Shown one piece after another: positions 19,698 to 28,335 of a stretch of DNA of 48,575 nt. Every line of letters starts with the position of its first letter. Positions within the stretch are counted from its first letter, which is position 1. The stretch lies in sequence record SRR31156797_6029; one strand, given 5' to 3'. The notes under the pieces were generated by a model that was not told where the DNA came from, did no database searches, and was given only the letters and a program-made list of their open reading frames with translations. The translations under genes and the position numbers were made by a program.

Positions 19698-20854
19698 TGT
19701 TGCTCCCTGAGGTCTTCAATTATCGGCTTGGCTGCCAGTTCTTTTTTAGCCAGACGGATGTATTGCAGCAGCGGTCTTTGGGCTCTGCACCAGTATCCGC
19801 AAAGTCCGCACTCAATGCAGGAGGCAATGTTGTAGGTCAGTGTATTTTCATAAAGCCCGAATTCCGCGTGGCGGGATATCATGTTCGGTTCCAGTCGGGC
19901 CGGACAGTGGATAACGCATTCGCCGCAGCCCACACAGGGATTATCTTTTACCGTGGGACCATTGTGCGCTTTGAGTATGGTTATGGCCTGTGTCTCCGGG
20001 GATACTCCGTGTTTCAGGCTGTATACAGCTTCTCCGGTTAATGGTCCGCCCAATATGACGCGGTCATGTTCGGCTGGCCGGAATCCGGCAAGTTTAAGCA
20101 GCATACCCACGGGTGTTCCTACCGGAGTAAGAAATGGTGTGGAGCCTACTTTGACTATGACCAGAGTTACAGGCTGGCGGCCGTGGATGGTTCTGCCGAT
20201 GCGATAAAGAGTTGTTGCATCGATCACGCAGACTTCGGGAGGCATTTCTTTGCCAGTTATAACCTTGGTGAGCAGTTCCGGGAGGCTGTTGGGATAAACC
20301 GGATTGATCTCGTGTCCTGTGCAGCCGGGAATGGTCCAATCCATTCCGGTGGGACAGGCTAAAGCACAGGCCTTGGGGGAAATTGCTTTTTTAAGGTAAT
20401 TAAGCCCGGTAGTCATGATATCACTGAATTTTTCAATCAGATAACGGTGCCCATCCATTCCTACTTCATGGGGCATGGCGTTGATTATCATGGTACACTC
20501 TTGCTTAAGACCCCGGACATTTATTCCATTTTCACGCAGTGCATTAAGCATTTCCCGGGAACCTGTATTGGGAAATTCCACGGGCATGGCAACGCGGGTA
20601 CCTTCTTCTTTGATGGTAATGAAATCTTTTTTTACGTCCGTCACAGTGCCGGAGATGGAACTGTGAATTGTTGGCTTAATTGCTGCCTGATCAACTGCTA
20701 CGGGTTGGGCTTTTGCCACCTGTTCGTTTATTTGTACAAGCGGTTCAAGTCCGGTGATTTCAAGGGATATTTCCAGCGGGCCGCTAAGGTTCTGCTCCCA
20801 TGTGTTGACTATGGGGCCACGCTCAGATGGAACAAGTGAAAATAGAGGATTCAT
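19694..20854 (-). CDS. rnfC: Rnf complex subunit C (short, divergent form)
   Basis: IHSSISGTV, YP, PVGTPV, ILGGPLTG, two [4Fe-4S] motifs (CVGCGECVIHCP, CIECGLCGYWC), and operon position. An alternative TTG start is at 20860. Confidence 0.88.
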   Translation of the reverse strand: MNPLFSLVPSERGPIVNTWEQNLSGPLEISLEITGLEPLVQINEQVAKAQPVAVDQAAIKPTIHSSISGTVTDVKKDFITIKEEGTRVAMPVEFPNTGSREMLNALRENGINVRGLKQECTMIINAMPHEVGMDGHRYLIEKFSDIMTTGLNYLKKAISPKACALACPTGMDWTIPGCTGHEINPVYPNSLPELLTKVITGKEMPPEVCVIDATTLYRIGRTIHGRQPVTLVIVKVGSTPFLTPVGTPVGMLLKLAGFRPAEHDRVILGGPLTGEAVYSLKHGVSPETQAITILKAHNGPTVKDNPCVGCGECVIHCPARLEPNMISRHAEFGLYENTLTYNIASCIECGLCGYWCRAQRPLLQYIRLAKKELAAKPIIEDLREQQ

Positions 20855-20869
20855 ATTCAATTTTCCCGT

Positions 20870-21616
20870 TTATTTTAAATGACATTTAGAGCAGTCACTG
20901 TCCTTGTAAGGGCCGCGTTTCAGTTTTTTGTGGCAATCCATGCATTGGTCATGGAAAGCATTGGTCCGGTTGAGTACAAGATCCTTGTCATTCTCCTGAT
21001 GACATTGTCCGCAGGCGGTGAAGTCTCCTGAGTAATCTTTCATATTCTGCATTTTATGGCACGGAGTGCAGCCCTTAAGCCCTGCCTCGAACATATCATC
21101 ATGGCAGTCGATACAGCGGTCATGTGCGGCGTCGCGTACACTGGGAATTTCTGCGGTTCCCGCGTTGGTATGGCAGTTTCCGCACTTCTGCGGTTCTTCT
21201 TCAATATCAGTATCATGGTGGCAGGCCTGACAATCTTCATCCGCATATTCTTCATGGGCTGTATGGTCAAAATTGAGCTTGCCAAGTTCCGCATGATGGC
21301 ATTGCACACAATAGCTGGTGTCGGGGAATGAGCGGATATGTTCGCGCACATAGTCCTTATCAAAAGCTTCCGGATGGCAGGAGCCGCAGGGTAGCGGTTC
21401 CTGATCGCTGGTTTCGCGTTCGTGGTGGCACTTGTCACAGGGGATTTCGTAATCCCGGTGATGGCGTATATGGGTGAAAATTACTTTACCTCCGCTGTTC
21501 TTGAATAGGATGCGGACAGGTATTTTTTCTTTTTTCTCAGGCGATACATAGCCGGCAACAGCCAGTCCGAAGAGAACTGTAAGTATAATAGAGATGGGGA
21601 GAAATTTGTTACGCAC
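20870..21616 (-). CDS. dhcA: Membrane-anchored decaheme cytochrome c (cytochrome c3 family), first gene of the rnf operon
   Basis: Ten CxxCH motifs counted (CDKCH, CGSCH, CVQCH, CQACH, CGNCH, CIDCH, CTPCH, CGQCH, CMDCH, CSKCH) and an N-terminal hydrophobic segment. GTG 21616 follows an AAGGA RBS; the ORF extends to TTG 21643. Confidence 0.9.
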   Translation of the reverse strand: MRNKFLPISIILTVLFGLAVAGYVSPEKKEKIPVRILFKNSGGKVIFTHIRHHRDYEIPCDKCHHERETSDQEPLPCGSCHPEAFDKDYVREHIRSFPDTSYCVQCHHAELGKLNFDHTAHEEYADEDCQACHHDTDIEEEPQKCGNCHTNAGTAEIPSVRDAAHDRCIDCHDDMFEAGLKGCTPCHKMQNMKDYSGDFTACGQCHQENDKDLVLNRTNAFHDQCMDCHKKLKRGPYKDSDCSKCHLK

Positions 21617-21952
21617 CGGGGTGTTCCTTGTTTTGTTAAACAATATTAACTGTCTATTGTATACTTAAGACGGATGGAATTGTCCAGCTTAAAAATATGT
21701 ATGTGCAAAATGTATCATAGGGGTATTTGTTTGCATGATAGCATATGTATCAATAGAAAATAAGCTTTTGATGAATTAATGAGGTTAAAAAATAATACAA
21801 ATTGAATTTTAGTCTGATGACGTTCTTATGTGTTGGTTTTCATAAACTCCTTCCCCTTGTGACATGATGGACACATTGCCCTGATAAGACTCCCTTTGTG
21901 AAATGGGTACGTGATTCCCGTTTTGAAATAAATAAATTATCAGGAGAAAGTG

Positions 21953-23467
21953 ATGAGATTTTCCAACAAGCTCAGAGTATTGATGGTTCTTATGGTCTGT
22001 ACCATGTTTATGGCTGCAGCACCTGCATACGCTAAGGCTAAAAAGGTCCGCGTATACAAAGGCAAGCCTGCCAAGTACGTATTCCTCTTTATCGGTGATG
22101 GAATGGGACTGCCTCAGAAGGGCGCTACCGAAGCATTTACCGGGGAACAGCTTCTCATGAACACCTTCCCCGCACAGGGAATGACCACCACTTACGCTGC
22201 TGACAGATTCATTACCGGGTCCGCAGCTTCTGCTACTTCTCTCGCCAGCGGTCAGAAAACCAATATTGGTATGCTCGGGATGGCTCCCAACCAAAAGCAC
22301 GTTAAGTCCATTGCTGAAATGGCTAAAGCTGACGGCAAGAAAGTGGGTATTGTTTCCAGTGTCTCCATTGACCACGCTACTCCGGCTGCCTTCTACGCAC
22401 ATGTTCCCACCCGCGGACAGTATTATGACATCGATGTTGCTCTTTCCGAAAGTGATTTTGATTTTTTTGGCGGTGGTGGTCTGAAAGACGTCACCAACAA
22501 GAAGAAAAATTCTAAAAACTATAAAGGTAGTGCTCTCGAACTGATTAAGAAAGCAGGCTACAAAGTAGTTACCGACAAAGAAGAGTTCATGGCTCTTAAG
22601 CCTGCTGACGGTAAAGTCCTTTCTTGGAACGCATGGCTGCAGGATTCCAAGGCTCTGCCTTACGCCATGGATATGCGCCCTCAGGATATTACTCTTCCTG
22701 AATTTACTGCCAAAGCAATCGAAATGCTTAACAACCCCGAAGGGTTCTTCCTTATGGTTGAAGGCGGCAAGATTGACTGGGCCTGCCACGCTAACGATGC
22801 AGCAGCTTTCATTCAGAACACCATTGCTTTTGATAACTCCATTGCCAAGGCTGTTGAGTTTGCTAAGAAGCACCCCAAAGAAACTCTCATCGTTGTAACC
22901 GGTGACCATGAGTGTGGTGGGCTGACCCTTGGTTTCGCAGGTACCAAGTACGGTTCCTATTACGATGCTCTCAAGCCTCAGACGATTTCTTTCCAGCAGT
23001 TTTCTGATGAAGTTGTTAAACTCTGGAAAGAAGAACACAAGGGCAAGGCCAGTTTTGAAGATTTTCAGCCCACCATCACTCATTTCTTCGGTCTTGAGTT
23101 TGAGGGTGATGCCAAGAAGAATCCCCTTGTTGTAAAGGATTATCAGCTTGCCATGCTCAAGGATGCTTACGAGCGCACCATGAAGGGTGAAAAGAAGTTT
23201 AAGAATCCCGAACTCTACAACCTCTACGGCGGATATGATCCCCTGACCGTAACCATTACCCACGTACTGAATAATAACGCAGGTCTCGGTTGGACTTCCT
23301 ACAAGCACACCGGTGTTCCCGTTGCCACTTCAGCAATGGGTGTAGGTTCCTCTTCCTTCAACGGTTATTACGATAACGTTGATATTGCATACAAAATTAT
23401 GGCTATCATGGGCATGACTCCTAAAGTTCATGCTAGCATCAATAACGCTGAATTTGCTGCCAAATAG
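21953..23467 (+). CDS. phoA: Alkaline phosphatase (PhoA family), exported
   Basis: Signal peptide, FIGDGMG, catalytic Ser in TGSAASAT, HATPA, VEGGKIDWACH, TGDHECGG, HTG, AGGAG RBS. Confidence 0.92.
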   Translation: MRFSNKLRVLMVLMVCTMFMAAAPAYAKAKKVRVYKGKPAKYVFLFIGDGMGLPQKGATEAFTGEQLLMNTFPAQGMTTTYAADRFITGSAASATSLASGQKTNIGMLGMAPNQKHVKSIAEMAKADGKKVGIVSSVSIDHATPAAFYAHVPTRGQYYDIDVALSESDFDFFGGGGLKDVTNKKKNSKNYKGSALELIKKAGYKVVTDKEEFMALKPADGKVLSWNAWLQDSKALPYAMDMRPQDITLPEFTAKAIEMLNNPEGFFLMVEGGKIDWACHANDAAAFIQNTIAFDNSIAKAVEFAKKHPKETLIVVTGDHECGGLTLGFAGTKYGSYYDALKPQTISFQQFSDEVVKLWKEEHKGKASFEDFQPTITHFFGLEFEGDAKKNPLVVKDYQLAMLKDAYERTMKGEKKFKNPELYNLYGGYDPLTVTITHVLNNNAGLGWTSYKHTGVPVATSAMGVGSSSFNGYYDNVDIAYKIMAIMGMTPKVHASINNAEFAAK

Positions 23468-23493
23468 CGGACTTGTCGTATTTTAGCTGTTTT

Positions 23494-23526
23494 GGGCGGG
23501 GTTCCAAAAAAAGGAACTCCGCCTTT
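23494..23526 (+). terminator. Stem-loop between the alkaline phosphatase and YibE/F genes
   Basis: GGCGGGGTTCC-aaaaaaa-GGAACTCCGCC then TTT. Confidence 0.6.
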
Positions 23527-23550
23527 AATATATTTTTAACCCCCGAGATT

Positions 23551-24678
23551 ATGTCTGGATTATTCAAAAACAGAGAGTTCATTCTTGTCGCGGTTTTCGC
23601 AGTATTGACCGCCATTTTTTATTTTATTCCCACTGAATTTGACCAGCGTGTAGCGGAAAATGCCGAACGCTGCCGTGCGGAAGTTGTTTCGGTGGACAAC
23701 TCGGATATTGACCAATTCGGCATGGTAAAAACCGGTCCGCAAATTGTGACCATGAAGGTTCTTGAAGGGCGTTTTGAGGGGCAAGTATTTATGGGAACCA
23801 ACGAACTTCTCGGCCAAATGGATAAGGATAAGTTCTTTGTGCCGGGTGACGAGGCCCTTGCGGTGATCACTTATGATGCGCAAGGGAAACCTATGTTTGC
23901 CGTTCCGCAGGATCATTACCGTATTGATTTGGAACTGACCATGCTGCTGCTTTTTTCTTTTTTATTACTTATCTTCGGAGGCTGGACCGGGGCCAAGGCG
24001 TTGTTCTCGTTTATGTTTACGGCACTGGTGCTCTGGAAGTTGCTTGTACCGGCACTGCTTGAGGGAGTCGATCCGGTCTGGATTACTTTAGGGGTAGTCG
24101 CCGGACTCTGTGCTGTCATCATCTTCATGGTTGCGGGGTTGAACCGCAAGGGCGTGGTAGCTTTTCTGGGGGCTTTTTTTGGAGTGTTTACCAGTTGCCT
24201 GCTGGCGATTTACTTTACCGGGGAGTTGCACCTGCATGGCGCGGTAATGCCATTTGCCGAGACCCTTCTTTATTCTGGTTTCGGGCATCTTGACTTGACC
24301 CGCATTTATATTGCAGCAGTTTTTTTGGCTTGTTCCGGAGCCGTTATGGATCTAGCCATGGACGTCGCTGCAAGTATGGATGAGGTCGTGCGGGCCAACC
24401 CGGAAATCAGCCATATGCAGGCCCTTGCTTCTGGGATCAGGGTTGGCAGGGCGGTGGTGGGAACCATGACTACTACTTTGTTGCTGGCATATTCCGGCGG
24501 ATTCATTACCCTGCTCATGGCTTTTATGGCTCAGGGAGTGCCGTTGATAAATACCTTCAACTTTGTCTATGTCTCCGCAGAAATTTTGAAGACTCTGGTG
24601 GGTAGTTTCGGGCTGGTGACGGTTGCTCCGTTTACCGCTGTAGCTGGGGCTTTTGTTTTCATCAGGAAAAACAAATAG
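23551..24678 (+). CDS. YibE/F-family membrane protein
   Basis: N-terminal TM, periplasmic beta-rich region, many TMs, GAVMDLAMDV, GTMTTTLLLAYSG, EILKTLVGSFG. Confidence 0.88.
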   Translation: MSGLFKNREFILVAVFAVLTAIFYFIPTEFDQRVAENAERCRAEVVSVDNSDIDQFGMVKTGPQIVTMKVLEGRFEGQVFMGTNELLGQMDKDKFFVPGDEALAVITYDAQGKPMFAVPQDHYRIDLELTMLLLFSFLLLIFGGWTGAKALFSFMFTALVLWKLLVPALLEGVDPVWITLGVVAGLCAVIIFMVAGLNRKGVVAFLGAFFGVFTSCLLAIYFTGELHLHGAVMPFAETLLYSGFGHLDLTRIYIAAVFLACSGAVMDLAMDVAASMDEVVRANPEISHMQALASGIRVGRAVVGTMTTTLLLAYSGGFITLLMAFMAQGVPLINTFNFVYVSAEILKTLVGSFGLVTVAPFTAVAGAFVFIRKNK

Positions 24679-24758
24679 CTCAGTTGTGCGTACTTGTCGG
24701 CAGTGACTTCCTTGTGCTAATTCCCCTTAAATAGGATTTTTTGCTGGAGGGAAATAGT

Positions 24759-25436
24759 TTGAAGTTGCGGTTGATTTGTTTATTTTTAATGCTGGTCTTC
24801 GCCAGTGGGTGTGTTGCTTCTAAAAAGCGTATAGTTAAGGCTCCCGCAGAAATGGTTTCACTGCCTGATGTCCGGGGACGGATTGTAGCTTATCACGAGA
24901 GTGGTAAATACAAGGAAGATGTTTCACACAAGGCGGAGTCCGTTGCAGATGTTGCGGTCAAGGCGATTCAGGAGCAGGTGAAGTATCCAGCGGTAGTGAT
25001 GGTGGTGGAGGATGTGCTGCTCTCCACCTATGCTGCGCGCATGAAGCAGGGCTTTTCAGATAATCCTGCTGCGGTCAGCGATCTGGAATCAAATGTTATT
25101 CTGAGCGCGCTTCCAGCTGTTAAGCCCTCGGTTGTCCTGTTTAATTTTTTGCTGCAACGGAATATTCCTGTCTTTTTGGTTTCTTACAGGGTAGAAGGAT
25201 TCCGCATTCCACTTATAGAGAATTTATCTAAAACCGGATTTTCGGGTTGGCAGAAATTATTTATGTTACCCTCAAATTATCCGGAAGTTTCAAATTATTG
25301 CGAGGAAGTTCGTAAGGGATTACAGAGGACCGGTTACAACATTATCGCCACTATCGGGGTGTTGCCGGAAGATGTTTCAGGTAAATTTGCCGGGAAAGCG
25401 GTACTATATCCTAACTATATTTATTCAGAGCGCTAA
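24759..25436 (+). CDS. HAD subfamily IIIB (acid phosphatase)-like lipoprotein lacking the catalytic aspartates
   Basis: Lipobox FASGC, Y.ESG.Y..D, AVVMVVEDVLLS, LPAVKP, NLSKTGFSGW..LFM, GYNIIATIG...D. TTG start follows GGAGGG. Confidence 0.72.
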   Translation: MKLRLICLFLMLVFASGCVASKKRIVKAPAEMVSLPDVRGRIVAYHESGKYKEDVSHKAESVADVAVKAIQEQVKYPAVVMVVEDVLLSTYAARMKQGFSDNPAAVSDLESNVILSALPAVKPSVVLFNFLLQRNIPVFLVSYRVEGFRIPLIENLSKTGFSGWQKLFMLPSNYPEVSNYCEEVRKGLQRTGYNIIATIGVLPEDVSGKFAGKAVLYPNYIYSER

Positions 25437-25478
25437 AAAAAACCGAGCCATCCTTAAGTCTGGCTCGGTTTTATTTTT
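25437..25478. terminator. Bidirectional terminator
   Basis: AAAACCGAGCCA...TGGCTCGGTTTT between convergent genes. Confidence 0.8.
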
Positions 25479-25554
25479 ATCAGGGATTTTGGCTCCTTTG
25501 GCCGTCAGAGGCGGAATCAAATAGAGAACAGTGCGTAGCGTTTCAAAATTAGAA

Positions 25555-26466
25555 TTAAGCTTTGCGGACGTATTTGGCGGCGCTTAAACCTGCAACGCAC
25601 CCTTCACCCACGGCTTTTGCCATCTGGAGTGGTGGCCCGCAGATATCTCCGGCAGCGAATATACCGGGAACGTTGGTGCGTTGTTGTTTGTCTGTTTCGA
25701 TAAATTTCATGGATTCATCAAGCTGGATACCCAATTCAGCGGCGAGGGACATTACTCCCTTTGCGCCTAGTTCTATGAATACTCCTGTTACATCAAGCTT
25801 GTCGCCGTCCTTTAGCACTAGGCCGTCAACACCGCTTCCTCCGGTAATCTTTTCAACTTCAACGTCTTCGTGGATGATGATGTTTTCTGCTTTAAGTTTT
25901 TCCATAAGTTCTGGGGCGAAATTAAATTCTTTTGAAACAAGGTGCACCTTGGATGCAAGGTGTGCGAGGTGAAGTGCTCCGCCCGCAGCGGCACTTTCAC
26001 CGCCGACAATCGCAACTTCTTCACCTCGGAAGAAGTTACCGTCGCATTCCACGCAATAACTAACGCCTTTTCCGAAAAGATCTTTTTCGCCGGGAACCCC
26101 GAGTTTATTGCGTGTGGTGCCGGTGCAGATGATGATCGCTTTTGTCTTGAATTCCTTTGTCTCGGTGGTCACGGTAAAACCGCCACCGCTGAGGTCCATA
26201 AGGTCGGGGGTTTTGATTTTTAATACGTCTTCGTTGAAGAAAACAGCACCAAAACTCTCGGCCTGTTGCTGACCCGTTCTCAGAATCTGCTCACCGGAAA
26301 TTTCCAGTGTGCAGCAGAAGTTTTCAATGTGAGCCCACCAGAGGCTGCTCTTGTCGTTTTTACCAAGGATGAGTACTTTAAGTCCTTTTCTTGCAGAATG
26401 AATGGCAGCCTGCAGTCCCGCAGGGCCCGCTCCCAGAATGATAATATCGTAATTGGTTTCGGTCAT
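25555..26466 (-). CDS. Thioredoxin reductase-like FAD oxidoreductase (atypical pyridine-nucleotide site)
   Basis: GAGPAG, GKGVSYCVECDG (CxxC), TNVPGIFAAGD. Confidence 0.88.
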   Translation of the reverse strand: MTETNYDIIILGAGPAGLQAAIHSARKGLKVLILGKNDKSSLWWAHIENFCCTLEISGEQILRTGQQQAESFGAVFFNEDVLKIKTPDLMDLSGGGFTVTTETKEFKTKAIIICTGTTRNKLGVPGEKDLFGKGVSYCVECDGNFFRGEEVAIVGGESAAAGGALHLAHLASKVHLVSKEFNFAPELMEKLKAENIIIHEDVEVEKITGGSGVDGLVLKDGDKLDVTGVFIELGAKGVMSLAAELGIQLDESMKFIETDKQQRTNVPGIFAAGDICGPPLQMAKAVGEGCVAGLSAAKYVRKA

Positions 26467-26576
26467 ATTCTAGCTGTCCGTGGTAAGTTGTTGTGTTTTT
26501 TAAAGTCTACTTGAAAAGGTAAGTTTAAATTTACGAATGACAAGAGATCTTGAATTTCATTATTCCATAAAATCGA

Positions 26577-27338
26577 TCAAGAGTTAAGCTGTTCCATTAT
26601 AGGATTGTGAAGTGAATGTATTTGATCTGTATCAGGAAGCTGGTTCATGAGAGTTTTAACGTACCCGCGTTTGATCATTTCCTTGCGTGACCATTCAAAA
26701 TTTAGGTCATAAGCCCAGCTAAGCAGAAGCAGCCGGAAATCGTTCAGGCAGCTCATAGCCTGATAAGCGCCTTGCCTGCCTTCCTTTACTGCTTGAAGAA
26801 GAGCAGGAGTTACCTCATCGGGTTTTTCTTTCAGCCCCATGAGCGGGACTTCGTTACCTGATTGAATCTCGGTCATATGCGGGATCAATACCTTGATGAT
26901 ATCAATTTTGTCTGAGTCGCGAACGATTTCAGTGCAAATCCTGAGTTCGTCAGAGATGAAAGCAGGTAGTGCGCTGCGGTTGTGCAGAGCAATGGCGCCG
27001 AGGACCGTGTTGCGCTGTTTTCTAGGGAGGCCGTTCAGGAGCTTTTGTTTTAAAACCGTTCTGGCGCCCAGAGTCCCGTGGTTGCAGGACTCTGAATCTT
27101 TGAAAGTTCCGTACGCACGATATTGCGGGAATCTTCCTGTGTCATGGTAGAGGGCCGCGATTTGGGCTGTCTCAGTCAGCTTCGTTGGAAGCGAAAGCGA
27201 TTCACAGATGTTTCGGCTGTTCTCAAAAACATCAAATGAGTGATCTATTTTCAGCTGAATATCAGGCCGTTCCTTATTATTTGCATTTTGCAGGTATGGA
27301 CTGACAAACTGGCTGAAAATTTCTTTTAAATGAGTCAT
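26577..27338 (-). CDS. HD-domain phosphohydrolase
   Basis: KIDHS...LYHDTGRF...NHG...LHN...RDSDKID. Confidence 0.88.
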   Translation of the reverse strand: MTHLKEIFSQFVSPYLQNANNKERPDIQLKIDHSFDVFENSRNICESLSLPTKLTETAQIAALYHDTGRFPQYRAYGTFKDSESCNHGTLGARTVLKQKLLNGLPRKQRNTVLGAIALHNRSALPAFISDELRICTEIVRDSDKIDIIKVLIPHMTEIQSGNEVPLMGLKEKPDEVTPALLQAVKEGRQGAYQAMSCLNDFRLLLLSWAYDLNFEWSRKEMIKRGYVKTLMNQLPDTDQIHSLHNPIMEQLNS

Positions 27339-27342
27339 CTGT

Positions 27343-27669
27343 CTACAGCATGATTCTTTTTTTCTTGAATTTGTAGTCGATCTCGGAAATTTTGCCTGAT
27401 TTTAGGTCTTCCTCAAGCTGGGCTAAGGCTTTTTCTCGCATTTCCGCTGCCTCGCGGTCGAGGTCCGGGTCTCTGAATTTTCCGTTGGGACCGAAAAGGA
27501 CGCGCAGGAAAAGTACAATTACACCAAGTATTGCTGCAACAAAGAGCATTTTTGTGACTGAAGCCCAGAAATCTCCATATCCGGGTCCGAATGGCCAGTG
27601 GTCCCAATGTGGATTGCTTTCGTATTTGCCTGAAATAAATGAAAATATGGATGATATTGTTTCGATCAT
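27343..27669 (-). CDS. Small membrane protein with a SHOCT-like C-terminal helix pair
   Basis: One TM, then EKALAQLEEDLKSGKISEIDYKFKK (SHOCT-like GxIsxxEY pattern). Confidence 0.7.
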   Translation of the reverse strand: MIETISSIFSFISGKYESNPHWDHWPFGPGYGDFWASVTKMLFVAAILGVIVLFLRVLFGPNGKFRDPDLDREAAEMREKALAQLEEDLKSGKISEIDYKFKKKRIML

Positions 27670-27826
27670 GAATAATTCCTGTGATTTTTTTTGTGAAAAC
27701 TACTCCTCATTTCAACTCTGCGCAACATAAACCGTAATTGATAATTTTGTGTATATAATTGCATATATAATCTCAGTATGCTTTAATGTGATTCTATAGA
27801 AGTCTACGATGTGATGAGGAGAATAT

Positions 27827-28237
27827 ATGAGGATTTTAATTGTTGAAGATGAGCTTGCGAGCAGAAAATTTCTTACGCATGTGATGACAAGTTATGGCGC
27901 ATGTGATGCCGTTGAAGACGGAGCCGAAGCCTTGCAGGCTTTTACTGATGCTTTGGAATCCGGGAATCGGTATGATCTGATCTGCTTGGACATTATGATG
28001 CCTGAAATGGATGGGCAGGAGGCATTGAAAGAAATTCGCGAGATAGAAAAAGAATACGAAATTCCTCATAATCTTGAAACAAAGGTTATGATGACCAGTG
28101 CTCTTGCTGATCCATCTAACGTAATGGAGGCTTACTATAAAGGAGGAGCCTCTATTTACCTTACCAAGCCTCTTGATGTGGAAAAGATTCGGGAGGCAAT
28201 GATTGAATTAGGCTTTTTGAAAAAAAGTCTGGAATGA
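27827..28237 (+). CDS. Single-domain response regulator (CheY-like)
   Basis: LIVEDE, CLDIMMP, MTSA, LTKP, GAGGAG RBS. Confidence 0.93.
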   Translation: MRILIVEDELASRKFLTHVMTSYGACDAVEDGAEALQAFTDALESGNRYDLICLDIMMPEMDGQEALKEIREIEKEYEIPHNLETKVMMTSALADPSNVMEAYYKGGASIYLTKPLDVEKIREAMIELGFLKKSLE

Positions 28238-28279
28238 GTCCGATATCACTGGACAGGTAGCGTTAGCGTAATTATCTAA

Positions 28280-28310
28280 AGGACTGCGGCTTCGGTCGCG
28301 GTCTTTTTTT
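28280..28310 (+). terminator. Rho-independent terminator with a UUCG tetraloop
   Basis: AGGACTGCGGC-TTCG-GTCGCGGTCT followed by a T-tract. Confidence 0.75.
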
Positions 28311-28335
28311 ATAACCTAAGTAAATGAGGTATTAG

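Noticed and set aside
21700-21755. Possible Rex or other operator upstream of dhcA (ATGTGCAAAATGTATCAT; TGATA-N7-TATCA)
   Set aside because: The match to TTGTGAA-N4-TTCACAA is too weak in an AT-rich region to call without a position weight matrix scan.
21809-23308. 499-aa minus-strand ORF
   Set aside because: It lies antisense to the well-supported alkaline phosphatase and has no recognisable motifs. It is best explained as a shadow ORF from biased codon usage.
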